Below are positions 8,552 to 17,102 of a stretch of DNA of 60,921 bases, one piece after another. The notes beneath the pieces were generated by a model. The model made no database searches and was not told the DNA's origin. It saw only the letters and a list, made by a program, of their open reading frames with translations. Source of the stretch: Candidatus Limnocylindria bacterium (GTDB lineage Bacteria > Chloroflexota > Limnocylindria > P2-11E); contig DASYSC010000057.1 in NCBI GenBank assembly GCA_036003765.1, forward strand, positions 1-60,921. The letters run 5' to 3'. The translations under genes were made by a program, and so were the position numbers. The stretch's first letter is position 1, and every line of letters starts with the position of its first letter.

Positions 8552-9026
8552 GGTCGACGCCGTAGGTGTCGTCGAAGAGCTCGAGAATGCCGATCGCCTT
8601 GAGGTAGCCCCGAATGTCGGGCGCGGTATTAGCGCTGGAGGTGAACAGTCGAAAGCCGCGCGCCTTCAGGGAGCGCAGGGCGTCGACGACTCCGGGCATC
8701 GGCGCGATTACTCGTTCGGTGACCCAGCGCGTGGTCTCCACGGCGAGCGCACCGGCGTCCTTGGGCACCGGCACGCCGACACGCTCGCACATCTCGCGAA
8801 GCCAGAGGCGAAGCAAACGCGGGTTCGTCTCTCGTGGCGTCCCTCTGGGATCGCGATAGCGCGCGAACATCCGCTCGGCCGCCCACGCATTCGCCGCCTT
8901 CCAGGACTCCGGATCGCCGCCGAGGCGGGGCGCGAGAAACTCACTGACGAGTCGTTGCCACTGCGTCGGCATCACCCTCGCGTCCAGTAGGACACCAGCG
9001 GCATCGAAGAAGATGCATGTGGTCAT
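8337..9026 (-). CDS. HAD-superfamily hydrolase
   Basis: Motif I IFFDAAGVLLD (haloacid-dehalogenase-like D-A-x-G) and motif II LFTSSAN. 229 aa. Confidence 0.72.
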   Translation of the reverse strand: MTTCIFFDAAGVLLDARVMPTQWQRLVSEFLAPRLGGDPESWKAANAWAAERMFARYRDPRGTPRETNPRLLRLWLREMCERVGVPVPKDAGALAVETTRWVTERVIAPMPGVVDALRSLKARGFRLFTSSANTAPDIRGYLKAIGILELFDDTYGVDLIDRWKTNAGFYRKVLEQSGVRAEDAATVDDQERCLDWAKRAGFRTFLLAPAGTGSSHEVIASLSELAHRL

Positions 9027-9052
9027 CAGGTACGTCGCGGAGAGGTGAAGCC

Positions 9053-9493
9053 CTAGTGCGATTCCCGCGCGAGCTGCTCGACGAGGTCGTCCGCGCCGCG
9101 CAGGCGCTGGCTCAGCGTGCGGAGCAAGACCGCGGCGACCGCGGGGTACTGAATGAGAACGACCGCAAGCGCCGTCGCATGCAACTCGAGTGTTTCGGTC
9201 GGCTCCATCGCCGTGACGGTCGCGGAGCGCGGAGCGTGGTCCAGCACGCCCATCTCACCGATGACCTCATTCGGTCCGATCTCCGCAAGCAGTACCTTTC
9301 CTTCGTCTGACTGCTCTCGCTCCACGCGAACGCGTCCGGTCAGCACCACGTGCATCACTTCGCTCGGGTCGCCTTGGCGCATTAGGACTTCGCCTGCCGC
9401 GTAGCGACGGCGCTGCCCGCGCATGGCCAGTGCCTCGCGGGCGTCGTCCGGCAGCGGGCGGAAGATCTCGACCTCGGCGAGTGGCGTCGACAT
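9053..9493 (-). CDS. stand-alone cyclic-nucleotide-binding domain protein
   Basis: GDPSEVMHVVLTGRVRV ... IGEMGVLDHAPRSATVTA (cNMP-binding barrel). No DNA-binding domain. Confidence 0.78.
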   Translation of the reverse strand: MSTPLAEVEIFRPLPDDAREALAMRGQRRRYAAGEVLMRQGDPSEVMHVVLTGRVRVEREQSDEGKVLLAEIGPNEVIGEMGVLDHAPRSATVTAMEPTETLELHATALAVVLIQYPAVAAVLLRTLSQRLRGADDLVEQLARESH

Positions 9494-9510
9494 ATCCCTA
9501 TCATCATGAC

Positions 9511-10104
9511 GTGAATACGCGCCTCCTCGCGGCGGACTCGCCGGGGGCGGTGGAGGAGGCCGCGGCCGCGCTCGCTCGAGGCGAGCTCGTCGCGTTCCCC
9601 ACCGATACGGTGTATGGACTCTCCGCCGGGCAAGAGCACGTGCGGAAGCTCTACGGCGCGAAGGATCGACCGAAGGAGAAGCGCATCCCGGTGCTTCTCT
9701 CAGACATCGGAAACCTCGAGGCGAGCGCCATCGTCACTCCGGCCGCCCGCGCGCTCGCGCACCGGTTCTGGCCGGGGCCGCTCACCATCGTTCTCGTCGC
9801 GCCGCGCCGCGGGACACTTGCGTTCCGTGTTCCCGATCACGCGCTCGCGCGCCGATTGATCGCAGCGAGCGGCGGGGGCCTCCCGGTGACGAGCGCGAAC
9901 CGATCCGGCGAGCCGGATGCGTGCACGGCCGAGGAGGTCATGGCGCAGCTCAGCGGACGCATCGCACTCGTTCTGGACGGCGGTCGGACGCCCGGCGGCG
10001 TCTCGTCGACCATCGTCGACTGCACCGGCGATCACGTGAAGATCCTGCGAGAGGGCGCGATCAGCGAGGTCGAGATAGGCCACGTGTTGGCGAGCGTCGC
10101 GTGA
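9511..10104 (+). CDS. tsaC: L-threonylcarbamoyladenylate synthase (YrdC/YwlC type)
   Basis: VAFPTDTVYGL and PVTSANRSGEP. Start set at GTG 9511; the track ORF start at 9430 is read-through over the divergent gene. Confidence 0.85.
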   Translation: MNTRLLAADSPGAVEEAAAALARGELVAFPTDTVYGLSAGQEHVRKLYGAKDRPKEKRIPVLLSDIGNLEASAIVTPAARALAHRFWPGPLTIVLVAPRRGTLAFRVPDHALARRLIAASGGGLPVTSANRSGEPDACTAEEVMAQLSGRIALVLDGGRTPGGVSSTIVDCTGDHVKILREGAISEVEIGHVLASVA

Positions 10105-10586
10105 AGATCGGCATCGCGGCGGATCACGCGGGGCAGCGACTCAAGGCGGCGGTCACCGAGCATCTGCGCGCATCGGGGCACACGATCATCCCTTTCGGAC
10201 CTGAGACGACGCCTGACGACGACTACCCGCTCCTCGTTCGTCCGCTTGCGGACGCGGTCGCGCGTGGTGCCGTCGAGCGCGGGATTTTCCTGTGCGGCTC
10301 GGGCATCGGTCCCGCTGTCGCCGCGAACAAGATCCCGGGCGTGCGGGCGGCGGTCGTCGAGAATGAATGGTCGGCGCGCGATTCCGTCGAGCACGTCGAC
10401 GTGAACCTGCTGACGCTCGGCGAGCGCGTGATCGGCGAAGAGCTGGCGAAAAGCATCGTTGACGCGTATCTCGCAGCGAAGGTGCAGGGCGGGCGGCACG
10501 CGCGCCGGCGCGAACAGATCGCAAGGCTTGACGAGAGCGAACCGTTGACCGCAGACGGCGCGAAGGGAATGAGTCGAGGGCGATGA
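10101..10586 (+). CDS. rpiB: ribose-5-phosphate isomerase B
   Basis: VKIGIAADHAG and CGSGIGPAVAANK. GTGA overlap with tsaC. Confidence 0.85.
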   Translation: MKIGIAADHAGQRLKAAVTEHLRASGHTIIPFGPETTPDDDYPLLVRPLADAVARGAVERGIFLCGSGIGPAVAANKIPGVRAAVVENEWSARDSVEHVDVNLLTLGERVIGEELAKSIVDAYLAAKVQGGRHARRREQIARLDESEPLTADGAKGMSRGR

Positions 10587-10746
10587 GCTTGGCTCCTCCC
10601 CGTCCCCGAAGCGCGCCTGCCGGCTCACTACGTGCGAAAGGTCAGCTCGGCGAGAGCGGTCAGCGTACTGACCTCGACGGCGAGGAGACCGTGGCCACGC
10701 GCGTGCCAAAGTTCCAGGCGACGATGCGAGCGAAGAGGAGAAGCAG

Positions 10747-12006
10747 ATGAGCTACGTCGAACGGACAGATCCCGAGATCTACGCGGCGATCGAGAACGAG
10801 CGGCGCCGTCAGGTCGAGAAGATCGAGCTCATCGCCTCCGAGAACTACACGAGCGCCGCGGTCATGGAGGCAGTCGGCAGCGTCCTGACGAACAAGTACG
10901 CCGAGGGGTATCCCGGCCGCCGCTACTACGGTGGGTGCGAGTGGGTCGACGTCGCGGAAACGCTCGCGATCGAGCGCGCCAAGGCGCTTTTCGGATCCGC
11001 ACACGCCAACGTGCAGCCCCACGCCGGCGCCCAGGCGAACATGGCGGCGTACGCGGCGGTGCTCAAGCCGGGTGATGCCGTGCTCGGGCTCGCCCTCGAC
11101 CAGGGCGGCCACCTCACTCACGGGTCGCCCGTCAACTTCTCCGGCAAGCTCTACCACTTCGTCGCATACGGCGTTCGCAAAGAGGACGAGATGCTCGACT
11201 ACGACGAGCTGGAGCGGCTCGCGAAGGAGAACCGCCCGAAGCTCATCGTCGCCGGCGCCACCGCATACCCGCGCATCTTCGACTTCCCGCGCCTCCGTCA
11301 GATCGCTGACGCGGTCGAGGCGCTCCTGCTCGTCGACATGGCGCATTTCGCCGGGCTGGTCGCCGCCGGGGAGCATCCGACGCCGGTCGGTTACGCGCAG
11401 ATCGTGACCACGACGACGCACAAGACGCTCCGCGGCCCGCGCGGAGGCATGATCCTCTCGGACGCCGAGTTCGGAAAAGCGATCGACAGTGCGGTGTTCC
11501 CGAACGTGCAGGGCGGCCCGCTCATGCACGTCATCGCCGGCAAGGCGGTCATGCTGAAGGAGGCCGCCACTCCCGAGTTCAAGGTCTACGCGAAGCAGAT
11601 CCGCGTGAATGCCCACACGCTCGCGGCGTCGCTGGCGAAGGCCGGACTCCGCATCGTGTCGGGAGGGACCGACAACCACCTCATGCTCGTCGATGTCCGG
11701 CCGCTGGGCCTCACCGGCAAGCAGGCCGAGAAGGCCCTGGACGCGGTCGGCATCACCGTGAACAAGAACACCATCCCGTATGACCCGAACAAGCCCGCGA
11801 TCGCATCGGGCATCCGCATCGGGACGCCCGCGGTGACGACGCGCGGCATGAAGGAAGCGGAGATGCAGCGCATCGGTGCGCTCATCGGGCGCATCCTCCA
11901 GGCCAAAGGCGACGAGACGGTCGCGAAGGATGTCGCCTCCGAGGTCCTCGATCTCACACGCCGCTACCCCGTGCCGGGAATCACTCCAGAACGGGTCCCG
12001 AGCTGA
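10747..12006 (+). CDS. glyA: serine hydroxymethyltransferase
   Basis: 419 aa with PLP-lysine context [20 protein letters not shown] Shine-Dalgarno upstream of the ATG. Confidence 0.96.
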   Translation: MSYVERTDPEIYAAIENERRRQVEKIELIASENYTSAAVMEAVGSVLTNKYAEGYPGRRYYGGCEWVDVAETLAIERAKALFGSAHANVQPHAGAQANMAAYAAVLKPGDAVLGLALDQGGHLTHGSPVNFSGKLYHFVAYGVRKEDEMLDYDELERLAKENRPKLIVAGATAYPRIFDFPRLRQIADAVEALLLVDMAHFAGLVAAGEHPTPVGYAQIVTTTTHKTLRGPRGGMILSDAEFGKAIDSAVFPNVQGGPLMHVIAGKAVMLKEAATPEFKVYAKQIRVNAHTLAASLAKAGLRIVSGGTDNHLMLVDVRPLGLTGKQAEKALDAVGITVNKNTIPYDPNKPAIASGIRIGTPAVTTRGMKEAEMQRIGALIGRILQAKGDETVAKDVASEVLDLTRRYPVPGITPERVPS

Positions 12007-12629
12007 CGCAGCTCCACGTCTCCCAGCACCCGCTCGTGCTCGAGAAGGTGACCCGTCTTCGCGACGAGGCCACGCCGCCGAAGATCTTCCGCGAGCTGGT
12101 CGCGGAGATCGCGACGCTCCTGCTCTACGAGGCGACCGCCGACCTACCAACGCTGCCGCGCGAAGTCAAAACACCGCTGGCGCCATTCAAAGGAGCGCGC
12201 CTCTCGGAGAAGGTCGGTCTCGTCCCGGTGCTGCGTGCGGGGATCGGGATGGTGCAGGCCGCGCTCGAGCTCATGCCCGATGCGCAGGTGTGGCATATCG
12301 GTCTCTTCCGGGACGAGCGCACGCTCCGACCGATCGAGTACTACAACAAGCTGCCGTCATCCGCGACGGTCCAGGTGTGCCTCGTGCTCGACCCGATGCT
12401 CGCGACCGGCGGCTCGGCGACCGCGACGATCGACATCCTCAAGAAGTGGGGCGCGAAGCGGATCAAATACGTCGGCATCATCGCGGCGCCGGAAGGTGTG
12501 CGCGCTCTTTCGGGCGCGCATCCCGATGTTCCGATCCACGTCGCGGCGCTCGACGAGCGCCTCAATGACAAGGGCTACATCGTGCCCGGCCTGGGCGACG
12601 CGGGCGACCGTCAGTTCGGGACGGGCTAG
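12003..12629 (+). CDS. upp: uracil phosphoribosyltransferase
   Basis: RAGIGM, PRPP loop [11 protein letters not shown] and [16 protein letters not shown]. The N-terminal HVSQHPLV strand lies upstream of the first canonical start (GTG 12036). Start set at CTG 12003, overlapping the glyA stop. Confidence 0.88.
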   Translation: MTQLHVSQHPLVLEKVTRLRDEATPPKIFRELVAEIATLLLYEATADLPTLPREVKTPLAPFKGARLSEKVGLVPVLRAGIGMVQAALELMPDAQVWHIGLFRDERTLRPIEYYNKLPSSATVQVCLVLDPMLATGGSATATIDILKKWGAKRIKYVGIIAAPEGVRALSGAHPDVPIHVAALDERLNDKGYIVPGLGDAGDRQFGTG

Positions 12630-12880
12630 AAGCCCTCGGTCACCGGGTAGATCTCGTCCGCCACGAGGCCGTGCGCCTCGCGATGGACGCGGTTCGCGGC
12701 CTCGGCGTTCGGCGCGTCGACGAGGCAGAAGATCTTGCGGTTCTTCTCGTCGAACCAGTAGCGAAGGTACTGGACGCCGTATTTGCCCTGCGTCTTCACA
12801 TCGGCCATGTGCGCGTCGGCCACATCCTTCGCTTTCGTGCCCTCAGGAGCCTTGTGATGAACGTCCATGAACAGCGGCAT
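12626..12880 (-). CDS. DUF4242 family small protein
   Basis: 84 aa (MPLFMDVHHKAPEGT...YLRYWFDEKNRKIFCLVDAP), pattern as I recall for DUF4242. GGGAGAG SD upstream. Confidence 0.65.
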   Translation of the reverse strand: MPLFMDVHHKAPEGTKAKDVADAHMADVKTQGKYGVQYLRYWFDEKNRKIFCLVDAPNAEAANRVHREAHGLVADEIYPVTEGF

Positions 12881-12996
12881 CTTCGCTCTCCCTTCGCGCC
12901 GGCCCGTCGGCGGACGATGGTCTCGGACGGGACCCCTCGGATCGGCCGAATTACCGAATCGTACGGCAGGCAGGAGTCGACCTCCTGGAACGCGGA

Positions 12997-14124
12997 ATGC
13001 CAGCCTTCGCTATCGTGCCAGCGGTGTCCTCCACCAGCGTTCTCCTCGTCGGTTCCACGCTGCTCGCTTTCGCGCTGGCCGCCGCGGCGACGCCACTCGT
13101 GGGCGTGTGGGCGCGGCGGCTCGGTATGCTCGACGTGCCGGGTGGACGGCGAGTGCACCCGCGTCCGATCCCGCGCCCCGGCGGTCTCGCGATCGCGGTC
13201 GCGTTCGGTTCGGCGATCTTCGCCTTCTGGCTGGTTGACCGCGTCGCGGGGCATCCCTTCCTTATCCCAGAAGAGGTCCGTTCCTCCCGCTTCACGTTGA
13301 CGGCGATCGCGGCGCTCCTCGGGATGGGCATCGGCCTGGTCGACGACGTGCTCGAGCTTCGCGCGCGCTGGCAATTCCTCGGTCTCCTCATCGTCGCGGC
13401 GGTCATCGTCGTCGCGGGAATCCACATCGACTTCGTCAACGATCCGCTCTCCGATCGCCTGGTCGAGCTGGCGTTCCCCGTCGCCGTCGCGTTCACGATG
13501 TTCTGGATCGTCGGAATGAACATCGCGCTCAACTTCATCGACGGGCTCGATGGCCTTGCTGCCGGCGTCGCCGCGATCGCGGCGCTCACGCTTGGCGGCC
13601 TCGCGCTCTTGCCGCAGGTCTCGGAGCCGTTCGTTGCGTGGATGGCCTTCACGCTCGCTGGCGCGGTGGCCGGATTCCTCCTCTTTAACTTCCATCCCGC
13701 CAAGCTCTTCCTCGGCACGACGGGCGTCGCTTTCCTCGGCACGATGCTCGCGGTGCTGTCGATCTTCGGAACGGCGAAAGTGGCGGCCGCGCTCCTGGTC
13801 CTCGGCGTGCCGATCATCGACACCTTCTATGTGCTGATCCGCCGTATGGTCTCGGGCCAGCCGCCCTTCGCGCCCGATCGCGGGCACTTCCACCACCGTC
13901 TACTCGACGTTGGCCTGACGCATCAGCAGGCGGTGCTCCTTATCTACCTGATGACCGCGGGGCTCGGGAGCCTCGCGTTCATGACGAGCGGACGGGCGCA
14001 GCTCGCGAGCTTCATTGGCCTCGCGGTCGTGTTGGGTGTCGCCGTGATGGCCCTCGCGCAGCGGAGCTCGAAGGCCGAGGAGCTCGACCCTGGTCTCTAC
14101 CGAGAAGAAGCCGATCGCTTCTAG
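12997..14124 (+). CDS. polyprenyl-phosphate HexNAc-1-phosphate transferase (WecA/TagO/MraY family)
   Basis: Polytopic membrane protein with MLDVPGGRRVHPRPIPRPGGLAI and NFIDGLDGLAAG motifs. Confidence 0.85.
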   Translation: MPAFAIVPAVSSTSVLLVGSTLLAFALAAAATPLVGVWARRLGMLDVPGGRRVHPRPIPRPGGLAIAVAFGSAIFAFWLVDRVAGHPFLIPEEVRSSRFTLTAIAALLGMGIGLVDDVLELRARWQFLGLLIVAAVIVVAGIHIDFVNDPLSDRLVELAFPVAVAFTMFWIVGMNIALNFIDGLDGLAAGVAAIAALTLGGLALLPQVSEPFVAWMAFTLAGAVAGFLLFNFHPAKLFLGTTGVAFLGTMLAVLSIFGTAKVAAALLVLGVPIIDTFYVLIRRMVSGQPPFAPDRGHFHHRLLDVGLTHQQAVLLIYLMTAGLGSLAFMTSGRAQLASFIGLAVVLGVAVMALAQRSSKAEELDPGLYREEADRF

Positions 14125-14129
14125 CGGTC

Positions 14130-14200
14130 GGGGGGCTGTCGCTTCGCGCTCCGCTACGCGTCCGGGGGCCCCCGCCCCCTGGGCCCCTACCCCTGCCCCC
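14130..14200. repeat. GC-rich boundary element, family 1 copy
   Basis: GGGGGCTGTCGCTTCGCGCTC...CGGGGGCCCCCGCCCCCTGGGCCCCTACCCCTGCCCCC, containing the 12-nt palindrome CGGGGGCCCCCG. Related copies at 5361-5415 and 28311-28344. Confidence 0.5.
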
Positions 14201-14212
14201 GGCCTCCGCGGG

Positions 14213-15100
14213 ATCAAGGTCGGGACGTGCTCGTGGACCGATCCCACGCTCATCGAGTCCGGGTGGTACCCCGAACGCGTCAAGGACGATGCCGACAAGC
14301 GCTTGCGTTACTACGCCGAGCGCTTCCCGATCGTCGAGAACGACGCGGCGTACTACGCGTTGCCCTCTCAGAAGCAGGCCCAGCTCTGGGCGGAGCGCAC
14401 GCCCGCCGAGTTCACGATGAACTTCAAGGCGTTCGCCACCTTGACCACGCACCACACCGACCCCAAGCGACTACCCAAAGACATCCGCGAGGCGCTGCCG
14501 AAGGAAGCTCTCGCCAAGAAACGCGTCTACCCGAAGGACCTTCCGAAGGACGCCCGCGACGAGCTCTTCGCGCGCTACTGGGTCGGACTCGAGCCGCTCC
14601 GCAAGTCCGGCAAGCTGGGCGCGATCCTTCTGCAGTACCCAGAGTGGTTCGTGATCTCGAAGGCGAACAAAGAGGAGATCGTCCGCGCGCGCGAGCTCCT
14701 GCCGGACGATCGCCTCGCCGTCGAGTTCCGCAACGCTACCTGGATGAGCGAGCGCAACCGGTCGGAAACGCTCACGTTCCTGAAGGAGCACGGCCTCACC
14801 TACGTGTCCGTCGACGAACCGCAGGGCTTCCCGTCGAGCATGCCGCCGATCGCGGCGGTCACGAACGACGAGCTCGCCATCGTGCGCTTCCACGGCCGCA
14901 ACGCCGAGAATTGGAAGAAGCCTGGCCTGACCGCGGCCGAGCGCTTCGACTACTCGTACTCCAAGAAGGAGCTCGAGGAGTGGCTGCCCAAGATCCGCGA
15001 GATGGCCGAGGAAGCGCGCGAGGTGCAGCTCCTCATGAACAACTGCTACGGCGACAAGGCTGTGAACAATGCCGCGCAGCTCGCCGCAATGCTCGCGTGA
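14213..15100 (+). CDS. DUF72 (YecE-like) protein
   Basis: IKVGTCSWTDP...YYAERFPIVENDAAYYALP is the family N-terminus. The first canonical start (TTG 14303) would delete it. Start set at ATC 14213. Confidence 0.78.
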   Translation: MKVGTCSWTDPTLIESGWYPERVKDDADKRLRYYAERFPIVENDAAYYALPSQKQAQLWAERTPAEFTMNFKAFATLTTHHTDPKRLPKDIREALPKEALAKKRVYPKDLPKDARDELFARYWVGLEPLRKSGKLGAILLQYPEWFVISKANKEEIVRARELLPDDRLAVEFRNATWMSERNRSETLTFLKEHGLTYVSVDEPQGFPSSMPPIAAVTNDELAIVRFHGRNAENWKKPGLTAAERFDYSYSKKELEEWLPKIREMAEEAREVQLLMNNCYGDKAVNNAAQLAAMLA

Positions 15101-15110
15101 GGATCGAAGG

Positions 15111-16154
15111 CTACCGCAGCGTCGAGCTGAGGAGCACACCGTTCGCCCAGTAGAAGCCGGTCGCTCCCGCTGGAAGGATGTCAAATGTCGATCCGCCGCC
15201 GTAGCTGACGCGCTCGCTGCTTAGGATCCCCGCCCCGTCATAGTCGTCGCCCCCGACGAGCTCGCCGACGCGCCGTCCATCCGCGGTCGGGTGACCGGGC
15301 GAAACGTCTACGGTGCGCCCGTCCGAGAGCACGAGGTGAACCACCTGGTGCGTGGCGGGAACGGGTGTGCTGCCGATCTCCACGAGGGCCGTGGCAATGC
15401 GCGCGCCGGACCCGTCGAGCGTCCACACGACATCGCCCGCACGGAGGTCCTCGACGGCCACGTCGCCTCTCGGCGTGGCGATACGCGTTCCGCGCGCGAG
15501 GCAGATCGGGCACGGCGGCGGTCCGCTGGGCGTGCGGCTCGCGACCGTGATCGCGCCACGCTGGTCGATCGTCCCGTCGACGCGATTCCCCTGCTGGGTG
15601 TTCGGCGCGCTCGAGAAGATCGCAAGGAAGTGGAAGCCCGCGCTCACCGACTCGAGGCGGAGCGCGTTGAGCATCTTCCAGTCGCGGTAGATCGCGAGCT
15701 CCTGCTCGCCTGTGTAGGTGGCGGCGGGCGCGATGCCGAGGTGCGAGAGGATCGCGCTGAACGTCGGCGCATCCTTCTGGATGTCGGGGAGCCGCTGATG
15801 CGCGAGCGCCTGCTCGTCGCCGCGCGCGACCGGGTAGTAATCGGGATCGCAGAAGAGGAGCCGCCCGAACTGGTCGATGAGCCGGTACTTGAGTTGTGCT
15901 TGGCTCAGGCCACCCGGTGCCGGGCTCGGTGTCGGCGATGGGGCGGGCGTCGGATTGGGCGGGACCGTGCCGAGGCCCGGGACGATGGTGCCGGTGATCG
16001 TCGTGGCGCTGACCGTTCCCGCGGGCGTGATCGTGGCGGTGACTGACGTCGCGCTCGGCGCGGAGGCGCTCGGCTCGGGCGTTGTGCGAAGCGACGCCGC
16101 GCCGCCGCACCCTGCGACCAGAGCGACACCGAGCGCGAGCGCAAGAGCACGCAT
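15111..16154 (-). CDS. lipoprotein with C-terminal Hint (Hedgehog/intein-like) domain
   Basis: Lipobox LVAGC and a P/T/S linker. From C218: CLARGTRIATPRGDVAVEDLRAGDVVWT ... HLVLSDGRTVDVSPGHP ... FYWANGVLLSS, which is Hint_2-like. Confidence 0.7.
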   Translation of the reverse strand: MRALALALGVALVAGCGGAASLRTTPEPSASAPSATSVTATITPAGTVSATTITGTIVPGLGTVPPNPTPAPSPTPSPAPGGLSQAQLKYRLIDQFGRLLFCDPDYYPVARGDEQALAHQRLPDIQKDAPTFSAILSHLGIAPAATYTGEQELAIYRDWKMLNALRLESVSAGFHFLAIFSSAPNTQQGNRVDGTIDQRGAITVASRTPSGPPPCPICLARGTRIATPRGDVAVEDLRAGDVVWTLDGSGARIATALVEIGSTPVPATHQVVHLVLSDGRTVDVSPGHPTADGRRVGELVGGDDYDGAGILSSERVSYGGGSTFDILPAGATGFYWANGVLLSSTLR

Positions 16155-16157
16155 GCG

Positions 16158-16625
16158 CTATGAACGCCGCGGAGCGCCGGATGGTTCCCGCAGGCCGGGC
16201 CGGCGCCGGCGTACGTAGCGGGTCGCGTACACGTCTTCGCCGAGCGACAGGATCTTGTTGTCCACCCAGCCGGTGTCGAGGATCGCTTCCTGCGCGTCGT
16301 CCCAGCTCGGAGCGCCGGGCGGAAGCTTGGCCTTCTTCCACACCACGATCCAGGCCGCCCCCTCCGGATGCGCGACCCGCACGATCTCGCGCCCGAGCCG
16401 CTCGAGCTCGACGTCGCCGAGCGCGAAACACAGCACGAGCCCGTATCGGGCGTCCTTCGCGAGCAGCGGGAGCTTGAGCTCGATCACATCGAGCTGTCCG
16501 ACGAGATGCTCGATCGGGCGATCGTAGGTCGCGACTCCGCCGATCCGCAGGGCGGGCATCCCGGCTTTCGCACCCAGTTTCGGTACCACCTCGAGCGCCG
16601 CGCGCATCGAGCGAGGTGCCTTCAT
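16158..16625 (-). CDS. DUF3052-like protein
   Basis: 155 aa with AAWIVVWKKAKLPPGAPSWDD...GWVDNKILSLGEDVYATRYV, resembling my recollection of DUF3052. Start uncertain. Confidence 0.45.
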   Translation of the reverse strand: MKAPRSMRAALEVVPKLGAKAGMPALRIGGVATYDRPIEHLVGQLDVIELKLPLLAKDARYGLVLCFALGDVELERLGREIVRVAHPEGAAWIVVWKKAKLPPGAPSWDDAQEAILDTGWVDNKILSLGEDVYATRYVRRRRPGLREPSGAPRRS

Positions 16626-16714
16626 CGAGCGCCGAGTCTAGGGATGCGAACAGCGAGACAGGCTTGATACGCGGGTGCGATCGGCGCGGAACGCGGTATG
16701 CATGACTGCCCAAC

Positions 16715-17089
16715 ATGGCTTTTGGCATGGAACCTCGTCCGCGCCCGGTGCTCATCGTCGATGACGACATCGAGACGCTCGACGCGGAGCGTCAGCTGCT
16801 CGCCGAGAGCGGCTTCCGAGTCGTCGAGGCGCGCAACGGCAGCGAAGCGCTGCAAGCCATTCAGGACGATCCGCCGGCGGTTGTCGTACTCGACGTGCAG
16901 ATGCCGGGCATGGACGGTCCGGCCTTCGCGCTCGAGCTGCGCATGGGCCTCCGGCGCGTGCCGCTCGTGATCCTCACCGGGGTCGACGACCCGCGCCGCG
17001 AAGCCGACCGCTGCAACGCGGAGGCCTACCTCGCGAAGCCTTTCGATGCGCAGGAGCTTGTGAGCGTCGTCCGCCGGTTCGCCGCCTAG
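16715..17089 (+). CDS. single-domain response regulator (CheY-like)
   Basis: LIVDDD, VVLDVQMPGMDG, ILTG and AKPF receiver motifs. No output domain. Confidence 0.85.
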   Translation: MAFGMEPRPRPVLIVDDDIETLDAERQLLAESGFRVVEARNGSEALQAIQDDPPAVVVLDVQMPGMDGPAFALELRMGLRRVPLVILTGVDDPRREADRCNAEAYLAKPFDAQELVSVVRRFAA

Positions 17090-17102
17090 CTATCCTCGGC
17101 GC

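Noticed and set aside
10587-10746. ZTP, THF, glycine or T-box riboswitch upstream of glyA
   Set aside because: I could not find the conserved cores I remember (for example CCGCCUGGGC for ZTP, or the T-box AGGGUGGUACCGCG). It is kept only as an unclassified structured leader.
12796-13896. 366-aa and 290-aa minus-strand ORFs antisense to the WecA-like gene
   Set aside because: Extreme R/E/D/H composition with no motifs, and they fully overlap a conserved polytopic transferase on the other strand.
15111-15505. True intein or mobile element in the Hint region
   Set aside because: There is no host protein interrupted, no C-extein and no homing endonuclease. The domain terminates the ORF, so it is a Hint/BIL-type module rather than a splicing intein.
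15238-16770. 510-aa minus-strand ORF
   Set aside because: Arg/Pro/Ala-rich nonsense spanning two real genes in another frame (the Hint lipoprotein and the DUF3052-like gene).
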